From Anthoceros angustus (lineage: Eukaryota > Plantae > Anthocerotophyta): a stretch of 64,000 bases of DNA. Shown piece after piece: positions 12,638 through 23,138 of this stretch. A program made the translations under genes and the position numbers. The notes beneath the pieces were generated by a model. It saw nothing but the letters and a program-made list of their open reading frames with translations, ran no database searches and was not told where the DNA came from. The DNA lies in contig MU008155.1 of NCBI GenBank assembly GCA_010909165.1, positions 1,426,001 through 1,490,000 of the forward strand, written 5' to 3'. How positions within the stretch are numbered: position 1 is the first letter of the stretch; each line of letters opens with the position of its first letter.

Positions 12638-15600
12638 GGAAGTATACAGGATTCCTCCTCCGATCCTCACAGAATCCACCAATGCCTACAGGCTGGAGCA
12701 CAATCTGCCATCCCGTCACAAGCTGAGGCTGGGCCCGGTTACTTACACCCACCGATGGTTGACAAGTGATGCAGTTAGCAGCATCTACATATTCTGCACA
12801 AGCCCACTTCACGGTTTGGGATCCGTTCCGTTCTGCTTTCCTTTAGTTTGCCTTTACCTGCCGCTTGCGCCGCTTGTGGGAATCAGGGATGGGGAAACTG
12901 CCCGTTTTGTCACTTGGTTTTGGCTTTCGCTGCTGTATGAGCATATAAACGTGCAGAGTTTCTTGCTGGACAGATCGTAGTGCTCGCGTGCCCGGACTGG
13001 GCTGCCGCGCTTGCTAATCGGGTCCGCTTCGCCGCCTTTGATGCCCCAGGTTGGGCTTTGCTCTGTCGCTTCCTTTTCTATACTTAGCTTCCTGCTGTCA
13101 ATTGGTCTGCCGAACTTGCTGGCCCCGGCTTCGGATCTCGTGTTCTTGTACTTGCTGTGGGGTATGGACAAAAGCAAAGAACAGTGTCTAAATGGAGGGG
13201 GGGTTTGCCCATGCACCTCCTCTCCAGGGTCGTTAGCAAACATGCTCTCCTTCTACATGGAAACCCGGCGTAGGAGGGGCATTTGGGATGTCATATAGTG
13301 GCAGTCAGATAACTGGACTGATGATATTTGGCGTTCCGCGGCTGTGAGCCAGACTGATGAGTGCAGCAGTGGCAGTGGGACAAGGAGTTCCACTCCGCGT
13401 CCTGACGAGTGCAAGTGGCATGGCCCGTAATCCGGCTATGGGGTGCTCATCAGTGATGGATGTTGCTCCTCCTCACGACATCGCACTTAGCGGGGACTGG
13501 CCTCCTGCAGCTTGTCGATCTCAATCTGGGTCTGCGTGCACGGGCTTCCCATAACCTGGTATGTAGGCTTTTGTTTTGGCAACTTTAAATGGTAAACAAT
13601 GAAGAGAGTGCCAGATGGCGAGGCAAATACGGGTGCTGACGAAACACGACGCTGTTCCCAGCCATCTGCCGTCTTCGGATTGCTCGGACGGTACCCGCCA
13701 TGTAACAGTCAGTCTTTTTCGGAGCAACTTTGTGTTCGTGCAGTGGAGGAGCAACTTTTTGTTGGTGCAGTGGAGTGCAGGAGGTGTGATAACATAACAG
13801 GCTCGCTGAGTTTCACCCCAGGAACCTCCACCTGTCCAGGACCGTAGGACAAAGAACGGGAGAAAAGAGAACTCCTAGATGGGGTTCCGACTGCGGACAC
13901 CAGCTACAACGTACCTGGAAATGGTACGAGACGCCTTGCCACCGGCGGCAGAGGTGTCAGTTCCCCGACCACCTGAACAATGCTGCTGTGGCGATGTCCG
14001 GATGGACGCTGCATGGAAGTGAGGAAGGAAGGAGGGGGAGCTTGAGGAAGTCCGAACAATGCCTTTCCGAGACGGATTTGCGTTCGTTCCCAGACAGTGA
14101 TACGTGTCCGACTAGTCGCACAACTGTCGCTCCTACTCATGCATTCCCAGACCTCCGTTTCTCCAATGGAACATTTAGGTCACGGATCTAACACACGACA
14201 GCAAGGCACTGCTCCGTTGTCACAAGTGCCTGCCTGTGAGGCGTGGGAAGCCTGCAAATCTCACGATACCTTCATTCGTTCAGATGAAAGCGCCGGGGTG
14301 GAAGCCTAGGCATACTGTGAGAGGAGGAGGAGATCGAGGACTTGATGTTGGCTCAAAAGTGCTTGAGAAAAGTTTTCATGAGCATCGCCGCTTTTCAATA
14401 ACGTTTGGATCTCATCATTGCCACATCCGGTGATCGTCCCGAGGCCCGCTGCAGGTGCATTCGCAGCTAGCTAGGGAGAGCAACACACATAGATGAAGAA
14501 GGAAGGTGAACAGACCAATGCTAATTACAGAGACGATAAGCGGCTGCGACGAGGACACGAGCCAGAGCCGGTGGCTTCCATCAGGAATAACGCATCTAGA
14601 ATAAACTCACATATGTCATTGCGAGAGACGCAAGTGAGAGTGCGGGGAAAAGGAGCAACGAGCCATGCTGCATCCTGTAAGGCATCCAAGAACCGGTTCA
14701 CCTCAACGTCAGCGCCAGCGCCAGCGCCACCTCGCAATGTACTACATTTGCACAAAGACGCGTACCCACTACGGTCTGCACAAGTGGAGGACATCCGAGA
14801 GCCAGCACTGGCAGCACTGGGACATCCACACCAAACTCCAACATCGTAAGATCGAACTCCGATCAGCAAGCTACGAGACGGGGGGAATCTTTGATGAGAG
14901 CCGATGAGGAAAGCTGCGGCGATGAGTCACAAGCATCTCAGAGTGGCAGACGATCGCCGCAAAACGCGCGTCGACGCTAATGCCCTAGAAAGCCGGGGTT
15001 ACCAGTTTAGGGAATATGTATGATACAAGATAGGCAAGGGAGAAGTGCCAAAGGCAGATTCGGGCGCGCATCAAAAAAAAGGAAAGAAAAGGAACGATCA
15101 CGAGCACGAGCGGGTTACGGTCCCCTGCAAAAAGGGACAGGGTCGGGGACGAATGGCAATCTTACACTTCGCAGAGCGTTGAATTAGAACCTGGTCGGGA
15201 AGCACGCGGCAGCATGCCATATGGTGATGCTGGCAGCACACAGCATCGCACCCTTTTCTTTTCTGTCGCTCCCTGGGAAGAAACGTCACAAGCGTACATA
15301 CAAACAGTGTTCGGTACGCACATACATGTACAGTACGTAGTCTACCGTCGGGGACAGCAACATACCGATGTACAGTACTGTACGCCGGCATATGCTACGG
15401 TATGCGTAGCGGTGCATGGGTTGGGAGACGGCGGGCCTGGGCTGGGCCCCGACAGGACACAGGACAAGGCAGGGGCCCGGCGGAGGCGACATAGGCCACC
15501 TGGATGTCTTTTCCACGCCGGAAATGATCCAAGGTGACGAAAAATATCTTGAATGGGGCCGCATGGGCATGCCATTTATTAATCGCGGCCTGTTTGGGGC

Positions 15601-15713
15601 CGGAGTCGGGTTCGGATGATGGGCATGTACATACCATGTACTTTTGGTGGCGGATGATGGAGCGGATGCGAGAGCCAGTGGTGGGACCGGGAGACGGGTG
15701 CAGCCGGTGGCGG

Positions 15714-15735
15714 CACGTGTCCAACTGGGCACGTG
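15714..15735. promoter_or_regulatory. Paired G-box/ABRE elements (CACGTG x2; first is ACGTGTC) upstream of the ABI3-like gene
   Basis: CACGTG at 15714-15719 and 15730-15735. Function is inferred only. Confidence 0.4.
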
Positions 15736-15790
15736 AAGTTGCAGTGACAGAGGGACAGGCAGTGGCACACTGGACGAGGACGCGGGAGAA

Positions 15791-15844
15791 GGGCCGGGCC
15801 GGGGCCGGGGCCGGGGCCAGGGCCAGGGCCGGGGCCGGGGCCGG
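15791..15844 (+). repeat. (GGGGCC)n-like hexamer repeat with G-quadruplex potential
   Basis: About 9 GGGGCC/AGGGCC units read directly from the sequence. Confidence 0.85.
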
Positions 15845-15946
15845 CGCCCCATTGTGACCAGCACACCTGGCAGCGGGCTTGCTGGAGCAGGAATAAACGT
15901 TAATTGCCAGAGGCGCCAAGTAAGGTGTAAACCTAATAATCGCCCT

Positions 15947-16054
15947 GGGCAATCACAGTACAGCCAATCCCATCATAACTCCGCAGTTAAGCGCCTGCGC
16001 CCTTGGACCCGTTCAGTCGAGGATGGGTGACCTCTCGGGAAGTTACCTTGCTCC
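15947..16054 (+). pseudogene. Degenerate 5S rRNA copy (pseudogene or 5S-derived element) followed by T8
   Basis: ATCCCATCA(T)AACTCCGCAGTTAAGCGCC...GCGCCCTTGG...AGGATGGGTGACCTC(T)CGGGAAGT matches the conserved plant 5S core (Box A AGTTAAGC, Box C GGATGGGTGACC). The ends GGGCAA/TTGCTC can form helix I. Oligo-T at 16055-16062. The 5' part and intermediate element are decayed. Confidence 0.8.
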
Positions 16055-16062
16055 TTTTTTTT

Positions 16063-16850
16063 CCCCTTTTTTATCTCTTTTTTCCCTTAATACGTACCTC
16101 ATACCATCACTCATTAGCATGATTTTTCTTAAACCATTCACCTCAAGTATGAGAGACTTCACTATACACTCCATGGTTGTGATAGGGAGATCAAATTCTT
16201 TTAATATATCATCTATAACGATAATCGATTCATTATAGTTCAACTCGCTGTATATTCACTTGCTCGGTACAAAAATCGTTTTGGAAATGCTTAAAGGCCG
16301 TCTTCTTCTATAAGGCATTGGCCATGGTGGTCCAGGATCTTAACTTGGCTTCACCTTAATATGATGGAAAAGATAAAGATCATTCTTTATAAGGAGAACT
16401 AGAATTAATGAAGAACAATTCATAATATGATTTACTCTTTTAAGATGCATACGAACATCTATATGTCTTAGGTTGGTAGCCTAGAACCATGAGAATGTTG
16501 TCCATCAAACTCCTACTAGTTCAAGGTTCAGAGCCTCAAAATTTTCACAAATTAAAGATTGAGAACTTGACAAATCCGTTATTCACCCATTAGTAAGATT
16601 TTTTCTTCAATACATAATTCATATGGTCACCCATTAACTTAAAAGCCGAGTATGAACTAGGTAACATGTGTATGTTATGTACAAGCACCTTAAAAAGTGA
16701 TTGCCATAATATGGGTTAGATTTGAAATTTGATTAGATTTAAGGTTACCAGCTCATATAGACTGTCCTGTTAAGGGAAATCTTGTAACTTCAGGTGTTCC
16801 TAGAAATAAATTCCGTAAATTATACCAAGTTCTGTATAGGTCATTCGTTA
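16063..16850 (-). mobile_element. AT-rich insertion, possibly a decayed Helitron RepHel fragment
   Basis: GC drops sharply relative to the flanks. With frameshifts the minus strand reads NDFLYR...NYNESIIVIDDILKEFDLP, resembling the Helitron Rep-helicase linker (recalled pattern DFL.R...YNEAL..I.D.L...FGLP). Confidence 0.35.
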
Positions 16851-17220
16851 AAAAAGAACCTGACCATGGCCATTGCCAATGGTGTGATGGTGCAATGGTG
16901 CCATGGTGGCATTATGGCATGGGCATGGGCAGTGTGACGAGGCAGGTTTTTGGGGGGGTTTTCGCGCACTCGCGAACCCGACCTAAGTCTGGTGGTGTTT
17001 GTTTTGGGGGAGTGAGGGGGACTGGAGCTCCAGTTTGGCAACTTCCTTGTGTGGCGAGCGGGCTCTGGGATCCGCATTTGGAAGGAGCGGCAGGCCATGG
17101 TGGTTGCCAGCAGCCCCGGAGAGGCAACCAGCGCCGCTCAGGTGATGCCGGAATGTGTGAGATTACATAACCGAGCTTCCTGCCGCGGATGAGAAGGGGG
17201 GATGCTTTTTGGTGCTGTGA

Positions 17221-17318
17221 GCTTGGTGGGGTGTTCTGAAGCTTGGTGGGGTGTTCTGAAGCTTGGTGGGATGTTCTGAAGCTTGGTGGGGTTGTTCTGA
17301 GCTTGGTGGGGTGTTCTG
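17221..17318. repeat. 5 x ~20-bp tandem repeat GCTTGGTGGGGTGTTCTGAA
   Basis: Read directly at 17221-17318. Confidence 0.9.
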
Positions 17319-17531
17319 GGTGGGCGGACCGGAGAGGGATGGGGTGGCCGGGGTAGGAGGAGGTAATGTAGGAGAAGGGGAGGGGGAATTGGAGAGGCCC
17401 CGGCTTCCGGGGGTGTAATTGGTTTGGGGTTGAATGGGCGAGGAGGGCTTGTCGTCGAGGATGCAGCATCAGCAGAAGCAGACATTGCACGGTGTGCTGG
17501 CGGCGGGGAGGGTGTGCTGGCGGCGGGGGAG

Positions 17532-18582
17532 ATGAGGATGCCGGTGGGAGGGAAGGGGAAGCAGGAGCAGCAGCAGCAGCGGGTGCAGGCGCTGGAGCTG
17601 GTGGAGTCTCCTAGAGACGTGTTGGAAGGGCCCGCGTGGAGCGACATCCAGGCGGAGGAACTGGGGCTTGGGCTGGGGCTGGAGGAGCTGCCTCTGCACT
17701 CGCCTGCCGGGAGGTGCCGGCCCCCAGGCTTCCCGTCGCTGCTGGCCATGGAGCCCGACTCCTTCGGGAATTGCCTGGACTACGGCCCCTCCCCCATCTT
17801 GGACGCATCCCACCCACCCCTCTTGCTGCTTCCGCAGCATCCGCAGCATCCGCAGCAGCAGCAGCCTCCGCAGCTGCTCCTGCCGCACGAGCAGCAGCAG
17901 CATCAGTACCAGCAGCAGCAGCAGAATCTGGAGGAGCCGGCGGTGCCGGAGTGGGCTTCCTCGCGAATTACCATCCCGCCCTCCTACTCGGTGGACCTGA
18001 AGGGCGTCAAGGTGAACAACCGCGAGGTGCTGAGCCAGGCGGTGGGCGCGTTGGGCGTGAACAACTTCCTCCGCCTGGTGGAGATCTGGGACAAGCGGAG
18101 GAGGCTTCCGGATGGCGGCGTCAGCTGGGACGGGCTGCAGCAGGAGGTGGTACAGCAGCAGACCCCGCCTCTGGTACCGCCGTGGGGAGGCGCGCTGGAC
18201 GACCCTTTGATGACGCCATTTTCGTCCATGGAAGACCCGGACGACAGCTTCGGGCATCTGCCGGGGTTGTACGACACGGGCCTGCTGTCGCTTCCTCTGC
18301 CGGACCAAAACCACCAGCGGCAGCAGGTGCGGCTGCGGCAGCAGATGGACGAGGAGGACGGGGGGTTCGGCATGCTGAATTTCCCACCAAAGTGTCCCCG
18401 CCTGTCGTCGCCTCCCAGCAGCGCTGATGTGGGGGCAGAGCAGTCGCGGGGGAAATTCGCCAGCCCCCCTTCCACCTTCTCCACGCCTCTGGTGTCTCGG
18501 GTGCCCTCGCTGCCAGGAGCGGTGTCGCTGGAGATGCTGGCTCCTGCCCTGCTCCCGCACCAGGTGCTCCCGCGCGAGGTGC

Positions 18583-18617
<35 letters not shown>

Positions 18618-19075
18618 GAAGACGTGCCAAGCTTCGTGCCCGTGGCCCAGTCTGGGACCGCGCTCGTTACCGCATTCGACGATGATCTGTCGGCAGCAAT
18701 TGCTACCAGGACTCGCCAGCAGCAGCAGCAGCAATTGGTGAAATCCTCGTCGGTTCCGCTCCCGCTTGCATCCACCCCGGGCTCCTGCTCCTCGGGTGCG
18801 ACCACCCGGGCAGCTCGGAAGCACCGGATGGAGAAGCAGCGACATTCCCATTCTTTTGTGCACCATCACCATCTGCGGGGCTGCTCTGTCTCCGTCACCG
18901 CGTCTGCACCGGCGGCCTCCTCCACGGGGAACCTCCTCTCCGGCGGGACCGCCCCCTCTTCCGACACCAGAAGTGCCTGCCACGGCGGCGGGGGCACGTC
19001 TGCCAGGCACTCTGCCCGGGGCTCCGCTTCTGCAGATGTGGTGGGTCTTGTTCTTCCTCCTCCCTTGCATTTAGC

Positions 19076-19114
<39 letters not shown>

Positions 19115-20582
19115 CTACTAGTATGTGTAGATCACAAACGGGAGCATGTTGTGGATTCAGGGCTTTCAGAGCAAGAAGGTGTCCGAGCTTTGATATAGAA
19201 TTTTTTTCTCTCTGTCCCCTTGATTTCTGGAGAAGGTATTGAATCTATAGTTGTGCAGTTGCTTGGCATTGGCCATCCGCTTCTCGAGTTGACGCTGCAT
19301 CCTTTGCTTGTGTTTGCGGTTGCAGGGCCGGAGTGTGCATGCTAAGCACAGTCGCAGCGAGGATAGCTTGCAGTTTTTGTTCAAGAAGGAGCTCAAACCC
19401 AGTGACGTGGGGAGTCTGGGACGGATCATACTGCCCAAGGTCTGTCTCTTCACTTGCCTCCACCTTGCTTACCTTTCCCTTTGCTGGATCTGACCTGTGT
19501 TTCGTGCCCTTGTTTCTGTTAAATGTTTCTTTTAGGCAGTTCTCGCTGATGATGTTCGGTTTTTTTGCAGAGAGAGGCTGAGAGTCAGCTGCCGCCTTTG
19601 AACGCCAAGGATGGAATTCCCATACATGCCGAGGACTATGACACCGGGAAAGAGTGGACATTGAAATACAGGTAATTCTAGCGTGGCCATGGCTAACCCA
19701 CAAGACCTTGGCGCCCCCTCCCTCAAAGCTGAAGGCCTGTAAATACTCGCTTTCTGGTTTGCAGGTATTGGCCCAACAACAAAAGTCGGATGTATGTGCT
19801 TGAATGCACAGGTGAGGGTGTGGGCCTCCTAGTTAGGAGAGTCCCTCTGACCCTTACGTTGCTTGTGTCGTACTTGTTTTTTTGTTTTTGCACATTCGTG
19901 CTCGTCTCGAGTTTTCCTTACATGCCATGCTGGTGTGTGTGGGGCTGATTGCAGGCGAGTTTGTGAAGATGAACCGCCTGGAGGAAGGTGATGTCATGAT
20001 GTTATATCGTTGTCACTCTGCCACATCCAAATATGAAACCACATACGTAAGTGAAGGCATTGTATGCTGTTCCACGTCTGTGAAAGATGACACGGTGTGG
20101 CCTGTGGAGAAGACTATGGTGTCACTGAGCTCATGTGTGATGTACTGCAGGTGTTACGTGGTAAGAAACAAAACCAAGGCTCCGATGTCATCGCTACTGC
20201 AGACGCCACCTCATCGGAGAGTTCTAGCAAGTCGGCGAGTGAGGCTGGGAGCAGGAGTAGAGACAGTGACCCTGTGCGGGCACCTCGCAGTTCAAGTGTT
20301 CTCGGAAAGGTGGCTGCAGATTCAGGCAAGAAGAGGACTGCAGGTCTGATTGAACGGGAGCCCTCTGTGGCGGGCAAGGCAGAAAGTGCACCTCCTCCAC
20401 AGGCCCCTTCCGTAAGAACTCGGCCAGAGGATGAATTTCTGCAGGATCTTCCCGACGACTCCAGCTTTGAGTGGGGAGGGTTGGCGACGTTGGAACGGTT
20501 TCCTAGTCTTGAAGCAGCGGACATGTCTATAGATGATATACTGGGCTTCAATGATTCTGCAGCCTCGCGGCAGAAACCGTAA
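17532..20582 (+). CDS. ABI3: ABI3/VP1-like (LAV/AFL family) B3 transcription factor; exons ~17532-19040, 19326-19439, 19571-19671, 19765-19811, 19955-20046, 20151-20582
   Basis: The spliced B3 domain reads LQFLFKKELKPSDVGSLGRIILPKREAESQLP.L...DGIPI..ED....[27 protein letters not shown].N.LEEGD. The 101- and 47-nt internal exons match the typical ABI3 structure. B2-like ATTRAARKHRMEKQR and B1-like DLKGVKV...AVGALG...FLRLVEIW segments and poly-Q tracts are present. The start codon is uncertain and orthology (ABI3 vs FUS3/IDL-like) is unresolved. Confidence 0.85.
19077..19112. repeat. (TG)n microsatellite in intron 1 of the ABI3-like gene
   Basis: About 17 TG units. Confidence 0.95.
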
Positions 20583-23138
20583 AAAGGCTGCTGGGCTGGA
20601 GCATGTACAGCACAACTATTGGTCAACCAGATGTATGATGGTGATCCTCTGAAGGAACGGTGGATGACGCTGCTGGAAGTTTAACTCCATTTCTCACTGA
20701 CACCCCTGAACTTGGGATGCTATCTACAGTCATCATGGTGAGCTGGCTCGTCTCCGGCTCATGGGTCTGGTTGGTGCCACGAATCCTCTCAGAAAAGGCT
20801 GTGGTGGAATGGAGCTCTGCAGCTTGAATATCTTTGCAGGTTGATGGACATTTTTTTCCACACCCTGCTCCCCTAAAATTGAAGACTAGGAAAGTAGGAG
20901 CGAGTAGGAGCGAATGTACACAGTTTTGCAAGAGCGTAGATGGACAGACGAGGCAGGATCAAACTGCCATGGCATCCGCATCTGTCATGAGGCTTGGAGC
21001 TGACCTGATGGTGCTGCCTGGAGTTTCTCAACCGACTCATCTCGTGTACAATGGTGGCCTGGTTGAAAGGAAACCGTAGGTAAAATTAGTTAGCATTTTG
21101 GACTGAACACTTGGCTCTGAAGTCTCGTCAAAGTCTTCAAAATTTTGAAGCAACGAATACATTTTGCCGTTTGCACGTGCGATGACCCTGTTGGGGATGC
21201 AGGCGAAGCTGACTGTTGCTGGTATGCTGATTGTGGGTACTGCCTGGAGTTCCTCAAAACGACTCATGTCGTCTACCATGGTGGTCTAGTAGAAAGGAAG
21301 TCGTAAGTAAAATTCGTTAGCCTTGTGGACTGAAGACTTGTTGTGTGAGAAGTTCTGTCAAGGCTTCCAGCTTTTGGAAGCACGTGGCAGGGACTCAGCA
21401 GAGCCAAGCAGGTGGAGCAGATGTCACCACCCTGTTTCAAGGAGCCATGTTATCTCGTTGGTGGTGAGTATCTCTTCAATTTTGTTTGCAGTGTGTTCAC
21501 CGGAGATGAACTTTGCCATAGATGAACCCTGCCATTTTCTTTGCCATAGTCATACGAATCTTTCTGAGGTCATTTCTGTTTCACTGATCTGATCTGAGGT
21601 CACACAGCATGTTTTCAAGCCAGCTTGAAGACCCGAAACGAAGCCATGATTCGCCTCAAGTCTCCCTCTTCTTCAGCAAGCACTTTCTCTGGAGTCTGCA
21701 AGCGCAGCTGATACAACCTGTTGTTCTCCACACCGAGCACTGTCAGGTAACGTCGGCTCCACTCCAGCTGAACCACTCGGTCCTGAGGCATGACCGCCAG
21801 CTCGTTGTTGTTTGCGTAGGATTTCACATTAACCTAGCACGTCCAAATGGCGGTCGCTGGAAAGGCTGCTGGGCTGGAGCATGTACAGCACAACTATTGG
21901 TCAACCAGATGTATGATGGTGATCCTCTGAAGGAACGGTGGATGACGCTGCTGGAAGTTTAACTCCATTTCTCACTGACACCCCTGAACTTGGGATGCTA
22001 TCTACAGTCATCATGGTGAGCTGGCTCGTCTCCGGCTCATGGGTCTGGTTGGTGCCACGAATCCTCTCAGAAAAGGCTGTGGTGGAATGGAGCTCTGCAG
22101 CTTGAATATCTTTGCAGGTTGATGGACATTTTTTTCCACACCCTGCTCCCCTAAAATTGAAGACTAGGAAAGTAGGAGCGAGTAGGAGCGAATGTACACA
22201 GTTTTGCAAGAGCGTAGATGGACAGACGAGGCAGGATCAAACTGCCATGGCATCCGCATCTGTCATGAGGCTTGGAGCTGACCTGATGGTGCTGCCTGGA
22301 GTTTCTCAACCGACTCATCTCGTGTACAATGGTGGCCTGGTTGAAAGGAAACCGTAGGTAAAATTAGTTAGCATTTTGGACTGAACACTTGGCTCTGAAG
22401 TCTCGTCAAAGTCTTCAAAATTTTGAAGCAACGAATACATTTTGCCGTTTGCACGTGCGATGACCCTGTTGGGGATGCAGGCGAAGCTGACTGTTGCTGG
22501 TATGCTGATTGTGGGTACTGCCTGGAGTTCCTCAAAACGACTCATGTCGTCTACCATGGTGGTCTAGTAGAAAGGAAGTCGTAAGTAAAATTCGTTAGCC
22601 TTGTGGACTGAAGACTTGTTGTGTGAGAAGTTCTGTCAAGGCTTCCAGCTTTTGGAAGCACGTGGCAGGGACTCAGCAGAGCCAAGCAGGTGGAGCAGAT
22701 GTCACCACCCTGTTTCAAGGAGCCATGTTATCTCGTTGGTGGTGAGTATCTCTTCAATTTTGTTTGCAGTGTGTTCACCGGAGATGAACTTTGCCATAGA
22801 TGAACCCTGCCATTTTCTTTGCCATAGTCATACGAATCTTTCTGAGGTCATTTCTGTTTCACTGATCTGATCTGAGGTCACACAGCATGTTTTCAAGCCA
22901 GCTTGAAGACCCGAAACGAAGCCATGATTCGCCTCAAGTCTCCCTCTTCTTCAGCAAGCACTTTCTCTGGAGTCTGCAAGCGCAGCTGATACAACCTGTT
23001 GTTCTCCACACCGAGCACTGTCAGGTAACGTCGGCTCCACTCCAGCTGAACCACTCGGTCCTGAGGCATGACCGCCAGCTCGTTGTTGTTTGCGTAGGAT
23101 TTCACATTAACCTAGCACGTCCAAATGGCGGTCGCTGG
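20583..23138. repeat. Apparently exact tandem duplication, 2 x 1,278 bp (20583-21860, 21861-23138)
   Basis: Identical ORF translations are offset by 1,278 (20623/21901, 20834/22112, 21037/22315, 21323/22601, 21615/22893). The junction is ...GGTCGCTGG|AAAGGCTGC at 21860/21861. Confidence 0.95.
21615..21833 (-). pseudogene. Orphan duplicate of PPD1 terminal exon
   Basis: Same VNVKSYANNNELAVMPQDRV...SFRVFKLA* as 22893-23111, but only 27 nt of the upstream intron was copied. Confidence 0.8.

Noticed and set aside
11915-12769. 284-aa and 213-aa + strand ORFs
   Set aside because: Antisense to the DUF455 exons.
13318-13362. C/D box snoRNA-like TGATGA...CTGA
   Set aside because: Too short, with no terminal stem or recognisable guide.
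15745-15770. miR408-like stretch near the GTAC cluster
   Set aside because: Only a partial match, with no complementary hairpin arm found.
15286-15952. Pro/Gly/Ala-repeat ORFs
   Set aside because: Produced by the GGGGCC run and high GC; no family motif.
15947-16054. Functional 5S rRNA gene
   Set aside because: Shortened and decayed 5' arm, altered internal region and no tandem array; kept as a pseudogene or derived element.
17469-19070. 533-aa antisense ORF (and 17984..18805, 17636..18427)
   Set aside because: Shadow frames of the GC-rich, CAG-rich ABI3 exon 1.
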